Positions 44,572 to 54,641 of a stretch of 64,000 nucleotides of DNA are shown one piece after another. Each line of letters begins with the position of its first letter. The first letter of the stretch is position 1. Source of the stretch: an uncultured Planctomycetaceae bacterium (GTDB taxonomy: Bacteria > Planctomycetota > Planctomycetia > Isosphaerales > Isosphaeraceae); the NCBI GenBank assembly GCA_963833985.1, contig CAWIAD010000002.1, forward strand, positions 2,496,001 through 2,560,000. The letters run 5' to 3'. A program made the position numbers and the translations under genes. Below the pieces are notes generated by a model, which had not been told where the DNA came from, did no database searches, and was given only the letters and a program-made list of their open reading frames with translations.

Positions 44572-44874
44572 ATGGGCCCGCATGATGAACTCCTGGCCAG
44601 GACTCTCTTCTGGGCTGTCGTCTCTGGCCTGTTGGCGATTGTCGCTCCCTGGATCGCACTCCTGTTCAATCGGTGGGCTGCTGCGGCCGTCGCCGGAGTG
44701 CTGGCGCTCGCATCGACGATACTGTATTACATCTGCACGAGGCATATACCCAGTAGCGTCAACATCCGAGCTGACGTGGTCATCATGTGCCCACTTCTGC
44801 TCGTGGCCTGGTTGGAGTGCTTCGGCTTGACCGGCTTTGCGGCTTTCAAGAAGCCGAGCAAGACCGCCCAATAA
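44572..44874 (+). CDS. Small hypothetical membrane protein (about 3 TM)
   Basis: GGAGG RBS, hydrophobic 100-aa ORF; its TAA is the ISAzo13 target. Confidence 0.7.
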   Translation: MGPHDELLARTLFWAVVSGLLAIVAPWIALLFNRWAAAAVAGVLALASTILYYICTRHIPSSVNIRADVVIMCPLLLVAWLECFGLTGFAAFKKPSKTAQ

Positions 44875-46227
44875 GGCGAGCGGCAGGTCTTAGTTTCCCT
44901 GCTGCTCGGTGATTCTCGGTTTGATAGTGATGTCATACTTCGGCAGGGTCGCCGATCTTTCCAATCGAGCTTCGTACTGCTTCATCTCCTTGGCGGCGAC
45001 TCGAACGCCATCGGGATACTCGCCGTGGAGGCGTTTCACGATCGGGTGCCGGCGCTTCCAGGTCATTCGTAGGGCGCATTGCAGGACCACCTTCAGGCAG
45101 TTCAGTAACACGCCGTTCCATTTCTTCTCCAGGGCCGACCAGCAGCGTTCAATCGGGTTGTATTTGCTGTGGTAGGGGGGATAGTACACCAACCGAATCT
45201 CCAACCCCGACCAGTCGGCAAACTGGACCATCCGTTTCAGGAACTGGGTCCGCCGACCGGAGTTCTTGGGGCCGTTGTCCAGATAGATCACCAGGCGCTT
45301 GACATGCCCGAAGCCTGACCGGACCTGCAGCCACCACATGCGGAGCGCATCGGCCCAAGCGTCGCTGGTCTCGCGCGATCCGAACAGGAGCATCAATACC
45401 CCGGTCACCCGCATCACGATGCCGAAAGGGACCAGCTTCTCCTTGGCTGGCGGATCGTGATCCCATCCCTTGGCCACTTGACCGTCGGCGGCGGTCCTGG
45501 TTTTTCCCCCCACGAGCGTAATCGCCCAATCCCACCTTCGCCTTGGTGTCCATGGAGATCTCCAGCGCCTCAGGATCGTCCCGAGCCTGTTGCTGCACCT
45601 CCTTCACGTTGGCGAAGATCGCGTCGGTCTCCTTGGTCTTCTTCAGCGGCCTGCCCTTCTGAATCCGCTTGAGGCGGAAGTTCATGCGGTTGAGGATGTC
45701 CCGCATGGTGCGCTCGCTGGGCAACGCGTCTCGGGGATAGCCCTTGTCAATCAAGGCTCCTCGCACCTCCGCCGCCGACAGGTTCATGTACCGTCGCGAC
45801 GACTTCAGTTCCGGATCGGCGTAGGTATGGGGCTCGACGATCGCACGGATGTCCGCAGCCAGTTGCGGGTCCTTCTCTTCGCTGCGCAGCCGACCTCTCG
45901 CGACGAAATTCTCGAGACAGCGTATCCCTTGACGGGCCTCGTGCAGTCCTTTCAGGACCGTTTCTCGTCCCCAGCCGAAGCGTCGTTCAGCTTGGCGGGC
46001 GCTGCCTTCACAGAGTTCCGTGGCCACCTCGGCCATGAACAATCGGCGCTGGTATCCGGTCAGCCGTCTGGCTCCCGAACAGATCAAGGCGTCGAGGCAC
46101 TCAGTGGATCCTTCCATGACGGTTCCCCTCCCTGGTGTACAGACGGCAACAGGCCAGGCTCTAGCCTTGCATCATCTCACAGAACGGGGAAGCTCAATTC
46201 CGGGTAGATCTCGACGTGCCGGTCGCC
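44875..46227 (-). mobile_element. ISAzo13-family insertion sequence, copy 2 (1353 bp)
   Basis: Same IRs and identical ORF translations to copy 1; TSD TAA (44872-74, 46228-30). Confidence 0.93.
44890..46117 (-). CDS. ISAzo13-family transposase encoded in two frames
   Basis: Identical to the copy-1 proteins, same G6A5 junction (45501..45511). Confidence 0.9.
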
Positions 46228-46417
46228 TAACAGGATTCCCTACACGATGCGCCAGTCGACCTTATGAACCAAGGGGTGCATAAAGAAGGAGGTAAAGCAG
46301 TCAAGGCCACCCGAAAGCAGCCTTTCAGCAGAACCTCCGACTTTGAATGAGACCGTTCTTACACACTGGTCAAGGCAGAGAAAAGGGAGGGAAAACGCGA
46401 AGTTGTTGACCTTGAAG

Positions 46418-48661
46418 CCTACTTTCCGCACATCTCCCTTTGATTTCCCCGAATTCGACCTGAGGCCATCTTCTCAGACGCGGCCCCAGGGTCGGTAAAC
46501 ATCTACAAGTCGATCGGCACGGGGACCTTGTTCGGTTCAGATGGTTCGCCAACCGGACCGTTCCTGAACTCGAGCCATTCTTCGCCTTGTCTTATAACTT
46601 GGCAATGTCCAGCCGCGCGCCGCGATTCTCGCCGCGACGACTTGTGACACGGGCTATGAGCGTAAGTTGAGCGGCTCACAACTTACGTCAAGGCAAATTA
46701 TCATAAGTGAATCACAAGATTTTTTGTCCTTGACGTCCCGATCTCCTCCGCCATCATTGCGGCAAGCCCTGCGGCGGTCGGCCTGCTCCCCTCACGGCCC
46801 TGGAAGGCCCGGCGGCGGACACCGGCCAACTCGCTGCAAACCCTCCGGAGATGATCCGCATGAACGAACCTCAACGACCGCGCCAACCCGGCGAGACGGC
46901 CCGCTCGAAGGGACGCACGCGCACGCTCAACACGCGGCGGATTGCCGCCGTGCCCATCCTGGAACACTTCCTGAGTCGGCTCCGCCTTCGCGAGTTTCTC
47001 TGCGACCACCTGCCCCATGAGGACGGCCGCACTCGGGTCCCCACGGCCACGGCCTTGCTCGTCCTGCTGCGCAACCTGCTGATCTCGCGTGAGCCACTCT
47101 ATGGTGTCGGTGAGTGGGTGGCCCGCCATGAGCCGAAACTGTTCGGGTTGTCCGATGTCCAAGTCGCCGCAATGAACGACGATCGAGTTGGCCGGGCCCT
47201 CGACCGTCTCTTCGACGCCAATCTCTCGGGGTTGGCCCTGAAGGTCGCGGCCCATGCCGTACGCGAATTCGACGTCAGCCTCGACCAGTTACACAACGAC
47301 TCGACCACCATCACTTTCCACGGTGACTACGAGTCGGCGGAGGCGGAGCGAACCCTGCGGGGACAATTGCGGTTGGCGGTGACCTGGGGTCATAACAAAG
47401 ACCACCGCCCCGACCTCAAGCAGCTACTCTACATCCTCACCGTGACCGGCGACGGTGCCGTCCCGGTGCACTTTCGCGTCGAGAGCGGCAACGCCACCGA
47501 CGACCGCTCTCACCAGGAGACCTGGGAGTTGCTCTGTCAACTGACCGGACGCCGAGACTTTCTCTACATCGCCGACTGCAAGCTGGCCACCACCGAGAAC
47601 ATGGCCTATCTGCATCAGCGCGGCGGTCGGTTCCTCAGCGTGCTGCCGCGAACTCGCAGTGAGGACGGTGCCTTCCGCGGCGCCGTACTCCGGGGAGAGA
47701 TCCAGTGGCGATGGACCCACGACAAGTACGACGACAAGGGACAGTTGACCGACCGCTTCTCGATCTGCAAACCTGCGAGCCAGACCACCGAGGGTTACCG
47801 GCTGATCTGGTATCACAGCACACGCAAGGCCGAGTTGGATGCGGAGGTACGGCTGACCCGGCTGGAGAAGGCGTTGAAACGACTGGACGAACTGCGTGCC
47901 AAGCTCGCCTCGTCCCGAACCCGGTACCGCAGTCGAGCCAAGGTCGCCGAGGCGGTCGAGGAGCTGCTCCGAGACTGTGAGGTCACCGAGTGGATCTCGG
48001 TCGAGATCGAGGAGCAGGTCACCGAAAAGTTCCGCCAGGAGCGACGCGGCCGGCCTGGACAGGACACGCGGTACGTCCGAGAGGAGAAGCTCCGTTACTC
48101 GTTGAAGCATCGGATTGAGTTGGAGCGACTGGATGAGGAGGCCCGCTGTGATGGCATTTTCCCGCTGGTGAGCAACGAATCGAAGATGACGGAGCAGGAT
48201 CTGCTCTTGGCCTACAAACAGCAACCGGCCATCGAACGACGGTTCGAGCACCTGAAGACTGACTTCGTGGTAGCGCCTATGTACCTGAAGGAGGTGAGTC
48301 GGATTCAGGCCTTGCTCTGCGTGTACTTCTTCGTGTTGCTGGTCGAGGCGCTGTTGGAGCGAGAACTCCGCCGCGCGATGGAACGAGCGGGAATCGAGAG
48401 CCTGCCACTGTATTCCGAAGGTCGGGCCTGCCGACGCCCGACGGCTCGAAAAGTGATCGACCTGTACGAGGACGTTCAAGAGCATTCCCTGAAGGCTGGG
48501 AAACGCCCTCTTGAGGTGTTCAGCACAGAGTTAACTCGGCTCCAGAAGAGGATCCTGCGCCTGCTGGGGATACCCAAAGCCTACGAGATTTGAGCCTGAC
48601 AGGCCGAAAGACGGCACACGGAAATTAGGAGATAGTCAAGGCGAGATGTGCGGAAAGTAGG
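46418..48661 (+). mobile_element. IS1634-family insertion sequence (2244 bp)
   Basis: Perfect 19-bp IRs CCTACTTTCCGCACATCTC; 6-bp TSD TTGAAG (46412-17, 48662-67). Confidence 0.92.
46851..48593 (+). CDS. IS1634-family DDE transposase
   Basis: NDDRVGRALDRL, HNDSTT, GHNKDHRPDLKQ, IADCK, YKQQPAIERRFEHLK; uninterrupted 580 aa. Confidence 0.92.
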   Translation: MIRMNEPQRPRQPGETARSKGRTRTLNTRRIAAVPILEHFLSRLRLREFLCDHLPHEDGRTRVPTATALLVLLRNLLISREPLYGVGEWVARHEPKLFGLSDVQVAAMNDDRVGRALDRLFDANLSGLALKVAAHAVREFDVSLDQLHNDSTTITFHGDYESAEAERTLRGQLRLAVTWGHNKDHRPDLKQLLYILTVTGDGAVPVHFRVESGNATDDRSHQETWELLCQLTGRRDFLYIADCKLATTENMAYLHQRGGRFLSVLPRTRSEDGAFRGAVLRGEIQWRWTHDKYDDKGQLTDRFSICKPASQTTEGYRLIWYHSTRKAELDAEVRLTRLEKALKRLDELRAKLASSRTRYRSRAKVAEAVEELLRDCEVTEWISVEIEEQVTEKFRQERRGRPGQDTRYVREEKLRYSLKHRIELERLDEEARCDGIFPLVSNESKMTEQDLLLAYKQQPAIERRFEHLKTDFVVAPMYLKEVSRIQALLCVYFFVLLVEALLERELRRAMERAGIESLPLYSEGRACRRPTARKVIDLYEDVQEHSLKAGKRPLEVFSTELTRLQKRILRLLGIPKAYEI

Positions 48662-49179
48662 TTGAAGCGGCTGAGTGTCTCGGCCAAGCTGATTCCATGC
48701 CACGAACTGCGTGGTCGATCAGGGCGGGAATGGATCGATCACGTTTTCAATCGGGAGAACGGGCAGTTGCGGCAGGAATACGTGGACACAGCGAACAACT
48801 TGTCAATGACGCCCCGTTTTCCTGTCCTTTGTTGATGGGTCGATGTGCCAGTTCCACGGGTGCGCAACACGGCTCTGGTACTTGCTCGGTTCAGCATAAG
48901 GCCCGGGTACATGAGCACAAGGCGTTGCCAGTGCAAGCGGACCAGAACCAGAGGTTGCTGGCCGACGCCAGTCCGGTGTTCCACGCTCTGCACCGAGTCC
49001 CTGGCTCATGAGGGCGCCAGGATGGCGATAGAAAGAGCCCCGGGGCGATCGCGGAGAAGGGCTTCGGTCGATCCGACCGACGCACGCAACGGGGATCCCG
49101 CATTTCGGGAGTGAGGAATGGACGAGACCTTGGGCCGCCTCGTCCATCCGCCGTCGGAACCCTCAGTACAGTGCGACGA

Positions 49180-49581
49180 CTACTTCTCGTTCTTCTGCCT
49201 TTTGGCCTCGATATCCCATTCCCGCTTCTCGCCTCCGAATTCCGCTGCGCCCTTCCCCTTGAGCTGATCACCGTCAATCTTCAGCTTGTACTCGATGGCG
49301 ATGCCGTCTTCCATCCCCCCCAGCTTCCGCTCGGCGGAGAACGTCAGCGTACCGTCCTTCAGCTTCAGGTCTTTGACCTTCTGCTCGTCCTGGTCCGGCC
49401 AGCTCATCGTCCCGGAGAGGTTGTCCCCGTCCTTCTTGATCTTCAAGGTGGCCGTCCGCTGCTGTCCGCCGATCTCATACTCGCACTTCCATGTCCCGAC
49501 CGGATCTGCCACCTTGTCGTCCGCTGCGCTCGCCAGGCCACATGCCCCGAAAACCAACGCCATTGAGAGAATCGTCTTCAT
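49180..49581 (-). CDS. Small secreted beta-barrel protein
   Basis: GGAGG RBS, signal peptide MKTILSMALVFGACGLASA, DPVGTWK motif. Confidence 0.75.
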   Translation of the reverse strand: MKTILSMALVFGACGLASAADDKVADPVGTWKCEYEIGGQQRTATLKIKKDGDNLSGTMSWPDQDEQKVKDLKLKDGTLTFSAERKLGGMEDGIAIEYKLKIDGDQLKGKGAAEFGGEKREWDIEAKRQKNEK

Positions 49582-49971
49582 GGTCACCTCCGAGATCGTG
49601 GCGCAGCGGAAGCAGTCCAACGTAGACCGCCACCCGCCGCAGGCGGCGATTATACCCATGCCGCGACCGGTGGTCAGGGCTATGAGCGCCGAGACGGGGC
49701 AACTCGCAGCAATCGCGCGTTGCGATGGGTCTTTCGCAGTCGCTGAACCTCGCGAGCGGAGTTTGAATGACTTGATCGGTGTTGCGCGCCTCGGTCGACC
49801 AGACGAATGGCACTCGCATGAGAACCATTCGGAGCGATCCTTCGTCTGTTCGGCCACGGCTCGCAGCTGGTGCAGGTAGGCCGCCGGCATCCGCCGGCGC
49901 TTTCTTGCCCTCGGTTCCTGGCGCCCCGGGCGGTCGCCGACGCGGTGGTAGGCGATTACCGTCCGCAGTGC

Positions 49972-50175
49972 ATTTGGCCAGGCCGACGCCGCTCTCGCCG
50001 GCCAGATTGCCGGCGACCTCGACCGGACCTGCCGCCCGATCGGCCGATGCGATCCGATGACTGCCTCCCTTGCTATTCATCACGGGCTTGAACTCGTGAC
50101 CGGCAACACCTCGCACTATCAGCATCAGCGTGTTCAGCAACTCGGATACCCGCTCGTGCTGGTGCCTGGCGTACA
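49972..50175 (+). pseudogene. VapC/PIN toxin C-terminal remnant
   Basis: Manual translation FGQADAALAGQIAGDLDRTCRPIGRCDPMTASLAIHHGLELVTGNTSHYQ..QQLGYPLVL; no intact N-terminus seen. Confidence 0.7.
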
Positions 50176-50259
50176 CTATCGGTGATAGCGTGCTGCTGTG
50201 ACATAGCGTTAGACTGGTAACCTTGTGAGAGAGGAGCGTGTCCGGTGAGGCTTGCGACG

Positions 50260-50451
50260 ATGGCCAAGAAACGGGAATTGAAACTCACTGCGGTTAAGGT
50301 CGATGCCACCTTGGCCCGCAAGGCAAAGACGATTGCCGAGGATCGCGGCATACCGCTTTCAACCGACATGTCCGGAGCGGTCGAGGCAGCCGTGACCAAG
50401 GATTGGCCGAAGGTCCTCAAGAAGCTTGTGGAGGAAGGGAGCGGGAAGTGA
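50260..50451 (+). CDS. Small ribbon-helix-helix-like DNA-binding protein
   Basis: TAVKVDATLARKAKTIAEDRGIPLS strand-helix-helix pattern; GTGA overlap with the next gene. Confidence 0.6.
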   Translation: MAKKRELKLTAVKVDATLARKAKTIAEDRGIPLSTDMSGAVEAAVTKDWPKVLKKLVEEGSGK

Positions 50452-51032
50452 GCACGGCCACCAAACCACAAATCACGAAACCATCCGGGCATCCCGTGAT
50501 CTCGGTCGACCAGTTCCGCCGGATGCAGGACGCCGGAATCTTCGAGGGCCAGCACGTCGAGTTGCTCGATGGGGAGCTGTACGAGGTGACGAAGAATCCC
50601 CCGCACGATTACACGGTCGACGCCCTTGCCGAGGCGCTGCGATCGCTACTGCCTCAGGACGCCTACCGGGTTCGTGAGGAGAAGTCGATCGAGCCATGGG
50701 GGCACTGGTGGCCCGAGCCCGACATCACGGTGGCGCGCGGACCCAAACGGCGTTACCAGGGCCGGCGCCCGGGGCCAGCCGACATCGTCATGGTTGCCGA
50801 GGTCTGTGAGAACTCACCGCAAGATCGGACCAGGAAGCTCGCCGGCTATGCCGAGGCCGGGTTTCAGGTCTACTGGCTCCTCGATCTCAACCTGCGCCGG
50901 CTCGAAGTCTACGCCAATCCGATCGGCGGAGAGTACTCAGCTCCCACGATCCTGGGAGAGACGGAGTCGGTTGATCTCGTCATCGACGGGCAGGTTGTCG
51001 GCCGGATCGCCGTGGCGGACTTGCTGCCATGA
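50448..51032 (+). CDS. Uma2 family (DUF820) endonuclease-like protein
   Basis: SVDQFRRM..VELLDGEL..PPH..PEPDI..AEV..KLAGYAEAG..YWLLDL. Confidence 0.9.
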   Translation: MSTATKPQITKPSGHPVISVDQFRRMQDAGIFEGQHVELLDGELYEVTKNPPHDYTVDALAEALRSLLPQDAYRVREEKSIEPWGHWWPEPDITVARGPKRRYQGRRPGPADIVMVAEVCENSPQDRTRKLAGYAEAGFQVYWLLDLNLRRLEVYANPIGGEYSAPTILGETESVDLVIDGQVVGRIAVADLLP

Positions 51033-51229
51033 TCTCGATCCTCCGCCAGCTTGTGGCCGCTCGCCCGTTCCGGCCGTTCCGCCTGGTGCTCACTGGCGGC
51101 CACGAGGTTCCGGTATCAAGCCCGGAGCGAATCCGGATCCAGGAGGAGAGGGAATCGGCCCGGGTGTGGACCGACGACGGGCATGAGCAAATCATCGACC
51201 TGAACCACTTGATCGAGGTGCGATCGTGA
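51029..51229 (+). CDS. Small hypothetical protein
   Basis: ATGA overlap; RPFRPFRLVLTGGHEVPVSSPE. Confidence 0.6.
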   Translation: MISILRQLVAARPFRPFRLVLTGGHEVPVSSPERIRIQEERESARVWTDDGHEQIIDLNHLIEVRS

Positions 51230-51274
51230 CTCCGCCGGTACCGACCGAGTCGATCTCACCGAATCCGAACGGGG

Positions 51275-51345
51275 CAGAGGGCGACAGTGCCATCCACTCT
51301 GGTTCCCATTAGCCGCGACGCGTAGCTGGTACGGCATCGCTCAGG
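51275..51345 (+). repeat. About 71-bp imperfect direct repeat, copy 1
   Basis: CAGAGGGCGACAG..CCATCCA..TGGTTCCCA..CCGCGACGCGTAGCTG..TCGCTCAGG also at 55072..55143. Confidence 0.8.
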
Positions 51346-51548
51346 GATAATCGGTGTCAGCCGTCATGCCGCCATTCTGGCGGCACCCGAACCCATGAAA
51401 ATAGGGCGATCTCAGGCTAAAATGGCCTCGGCCCCTCGCACGGCCTTACGCCGGATTGGAACTGGTGCTTCGAGCCCGCGTGTCAGCCTGGCGGAGGCAT
51501 CGCGCGTACCCGAACCTGTCGCCCGAGGGCGCCGCGTCGTTCGCGGTG

Positions 51549-51781
51549 CCAGGTCCCAAGGTCCAAGGTCACCAAGGTCCAAGGTCAAAAAAAGGACAAG
51601 GTCAAAAAAAAGGACAAGGTCAAAAAAAGGACATGCAATGCAGTTTTCCCCTGGTCGGATGAGGGTCAAAAAGAGGTCAAAAAAAGGAAAGAGGTCAAAA
51701 AAAGGACATGCAATGCAGTTTTCCCCTAAAAAAAGAAAGAAAAAGAAAGGACATGCAATGCAGTTTTCCCCTGGTCGGATG
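51549..51781 (+). repeat. Left-end stuttered array of HUH-Y1 element 2
   Basis: Units start at about (C/A)A(A/G)GGTC and stop variably; core AAAGGACATGCAATGCAGTTTTCCCCT at 51626, 51701, 51746. Confidence 0.9.
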
Positions 51782-51821
51782 GATCTGGTAAGCTGTGCGG
51801 ATCTTGCCAGGAGAATCGAAC

Positions 51822-52858
51822 ATGACGATCGCGCAGTGCGCATCTGGTGGATCCGTCGGTTACCCGCTGGTATCACTGCATCACGCGGTGCGTGCGGCGG
51901 GCGTTCCTGCTGGGGGAGGGCGGTCTCGACCGCAAGGAATGGATCGAACGGCGAGTCCAGGAACTTGCGGAGATCTTCTCGATCGCCGTGGGCGGGTTCG
52001 CCGTCCTCGATAATCACTTACATCTGCTGGTGCGGCTCGACCCGGATGTGGCGGCGGGGTGGGCAGATGAGGAGGTTGTGCGGCGCTGGGGGAGGCTCTT
52101 CCCACCGCGCGACAAGGCACGAAAGGCACTGCCGGTCTCGGACTCGTGGGTCAAGGAACGGCTGAAGGACGTGAAGTGGGTTGCGATGGCACGCCAGCGG
52201 CTGCAAAGCCTGAGCTGGTTCATGAAGTGCCTGAAGGAGCCGCTGTCGCGACTGGCGAACCGCGAGGAGAACACCCGCGGGGCGTTCTTCGAGGGGCGGT
52301 TCCAGAGCGTCGCCATCCTGGACGAGGAATCATTGCTGGCGACCTGCGCTTACATCGATCTGAACCCGGTGGCGGCGGGGATCGCCCAGGTTCCGGAGGC
52401 CAGCCCGCACACGTCCATCAAGCAGCGGGTCGAGCATGTGCAGGAACAGGAGCGCCGCCGAGGATCTGAAGGCCGCGAAGCAAGGCAGCATGGCGGGGTC
52501 GAAGGCGGCGAGTGGGATGGAGGAGCAGCTCTGGCTCTGCCCGATCGAGGACCGCCGGCGGCTCGACTCGATGCGGGAAGGTATGCTCGAGGGGTTCAGC
52601 CTGGGGAACTACCTGCTCCTGGTGGACTACACCGGGCGGGTGTTTCGCGAAGGGAAGGCGATGATCTCGGCGGAGCTGGCCGGGATATTGGAGCGGCTGG
52701 GAAGCAACGCCGAGAACTGGCAGGCACGGCTGCTGAAGCTGGCGGGCGGGCGGCTGCTGGGGAGGTTCTTCGCCGCCAGCCGGGAACGTCTGCGGGATGT
52801 GGCCGGTCGGCTGGGCCGGCATCACCTGGCGAACCTGGGCGGCTGCCCGGCACGGTGA
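51822..52858 (+). CDS. HUH Y1 nuclease/transposase, RAYT-like; frameshifts near 51835 and 52450
   Basis: AGGAG RBS + ATG; WYHCITRCVRRAFLLG, FAVLDNHLHL (HUH), LSWFMK, FFEGRFQSVAILDE, YIDLNP; C-terminal YLLLVDYTGR. Confidence 0.88.
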
Positions 52859-52927
52859 GCCGGGCGAGATGCGCGGCGTGTTGGTCTCAGGTGCTGGTCG
52901 GCCTCACGGCCGAGGTTGGGGGCTGCA

Positions 52928-53077
52928 CCCGTCCGAACCACGTGCTCACGCACGTGGTCACGCGCATGAGCCTGGCGGGATCGCCCAGCCGAGCCACATG
53001 ATCACGTACATAGGTGCCGACCTGAGCGGAAGTGGAGGCCGCGCCCGTCCGAACGACGTGGTCACGCACGTGGTCAC
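52928..53077 (+). repeat. Two 34-bp direct repeats containing paired (C)ACGTG palindromes
   Basis: CCCGTCCGAACCACGTGCTCACGCACGTGGTCAC (52928) and CCCGTCCGAACGACGTGGTCACGCACGTGGTCAC (53044). Confidence 0.75.
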
Positions 53078-53166
53078 TCACCCCGCGCCAGGCAGATGAC
53101 GAGATCGCGTGGCGAGCCTTTCGCCGACTGTCATTACAGGTTCGTGGATGACCGCGAGAACCATCT

Positions 53167-53530
53167 GGCCACGGTTCCACGAAAGGTGGGCCTCGCGGGG
53201 ACGCTCGACCCACCCTACCGGGCGGCCAATCCCCGGGCCAGTTCGACGCGCATCCGGCCACGGTTCCACGAAAGGTGGGCCTCGCGGGGACGCTCGACCC
53301 ACCCTACCGGGCGGCCAATCCCCGGGCCAGTTCGACGCGCATCCGGCCACGGTTCCACGAAAGGTGGGCCTCGCGGGGACGCTCGACCCACCCTACCGGG
53401 CGGCCAATCCCCGGGCCAGTTCGACGCGCTTCCGGCCACGGTTCCACGAAAGGTGGGCCTCGCGGGAACGCTCGACCCACCCTACCGGGCGGCCAATCCC
53501 CGGGCCAGTTCGACGCGCTTCCGGCCACGG
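53167..53530 (-). repeat. Tandem array of four 89-bp units, each with a GTAG-type REP hairpin
   Basis: Unit starts at 53167/53256/53345/53434; on - strand GTAG-GGTGGGTC...GGCCCACC stem-loop (e.g. 53185..53218). Confidence 0.9.
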
Positions 53531-53909
53531 GGGCGAGCATGGGATTCGCTTGCTGAGCCGATCAACGGACGCCCTGGGAGCGGGTCAGGTCGTCACAGGC
53601 TTCAATCAGAGTGCTGCGCGGAATGGCTCGCCATGACGTTCACGCATCGGTCGCAGCGCGTCGGGATCTGCGGGTTCTGACCGACGCTGGGCCGATAGTT
53701 CCAGTGCAGGCTAAATTACCCGTCCTCTCTTTCCCCTTGTTCAGCAGCTCGGATATCCGCTCGTGCTGGTCAACTGGCGGATTTGATCGCCCCCCGCGAC
53801 TACCAAGAGAGCGGGCCGTTGTGGAAGGGATAACGCGACGCGACTGACATATCGTCAATGAAGCTTTGTTCTCCTGTTAAATCCAGCACTATGATCTCGC
53901 TTTTAACGT

Positions 53910-54551
53910 CTATTCCCTGTACCCCTTCCAGGTCTTCATCACCTCGAGACTTGACAGCGTTAGCATATATTCGCAGAGGTCCGCATAATCGTCTCCCGCC
54001 TCCGGCGACCAGCGATCGACAATGTGGTACGTACCGGCCATGACGCTCTCAAGAATGACTTGGTCGCCATCCAGACCATAGATTTCAGATTTTTCGGTGG
54101 GCAACTTCCAGGGTTTGGCCTTGTCCAGCCGCCTTTGGAATTCATCCCACTGCTGCTTGCTCAACCTGGTGTTCTTGCTATCAGCGATCTTTCCGGGTTC
54201 GTAGCCCCCGCGTCCGTCGAGCAAGACGGCTCGAAGAATCGCTCCTTCCGAGGACTTATCCAGTCGCACAGAGACGGGGTGGTGGAACGTGGGTAGCCAC
54301 AACAAGCGATACACAGTCGATGACCGGTTCTCCTGAGACAACTTCCACAACGATTGTTGCTTCATCGCCTTCAGGTGCTCGGAGTACCATGCGACGATGA
54401 AGTCATTGCCGGCCCTGTCGGCTTTGAAAGCAAGATCGGGGAAGAAGGGCTCGTCTTCTTTGGCCATGCCATCCGCGCGGATGAGACCGACTGCCACGAG
54501 CACCGCGGCAGCCATCATCTGTCTTCGAGTGCTGATACGAGGAATCTGCAT
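53910..54551 (-). CDS. Hypothetical secreted protein
   Basis: Signal-like N-terminus; YRLLWLPTFHHPVSVR, GLDG..W; locally lower GC. Confidence 0.7.
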   Translation of the reverse strand: MQIPRISTRRQMMAAAVLVAVGLIRADGMAKEDEPFFPDLAFKADRAGNDFIVAWYSEHLKAMKQQSLWKLSQENRSSTVYRLLWLPTFHHPVSVRLDKSSEGAILRAVLLDGRGGYEPGKIADSKNTRLSKQQWDEFQRRLDKAKPWKLPTEKSEIYGLDGDQVILESVMAGTYHIVDRWSPEAGDDYADLCEYMLTLSSLEVMKTWKGYRE

Positions 54552-54641
54552 GGCCGCCTGTCGAGAAGCCTGATTTCCACTTCGCCGGTGAGTTGGCGCC
54601 GGGCCGTGGCTTGAGAAGAAGGTTCCAACTCCGTTGAGTTA

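Larger units (their letters stand above)
46390..48822 (+). mobile_element. Miniature RAYT-derived element C, split by IS1634
   Basis: Left GGAAAACGCGAAGTTGTTGACCTTGAAG, continues after the IS with CGGCTGAGTGTCTCGGCCAAGCTGATTCCATGCCACGAAC; right end CAATGACGCCCCGTTTTCC. Confidence 0.75.

Noticed and set aside
41609..48822. Classical integron with attC sites
   Set aside because: No tyrosine integrase, and I could not identify RYYYAAC...GTTRRRY attC structures; the repeats contain a RAYT gene stub
51395..52165. Lys-rich ORF across the A-rich array
   Set aside because: Translation of the stuttered repeat; not a credible protein
53167..53530. CRISPR array or coding repeat ORFs
   Set aside because: Entire 89-bp units are near-identical with no spacers; unit length is not a multiple of 3, so the ORFs are by-products
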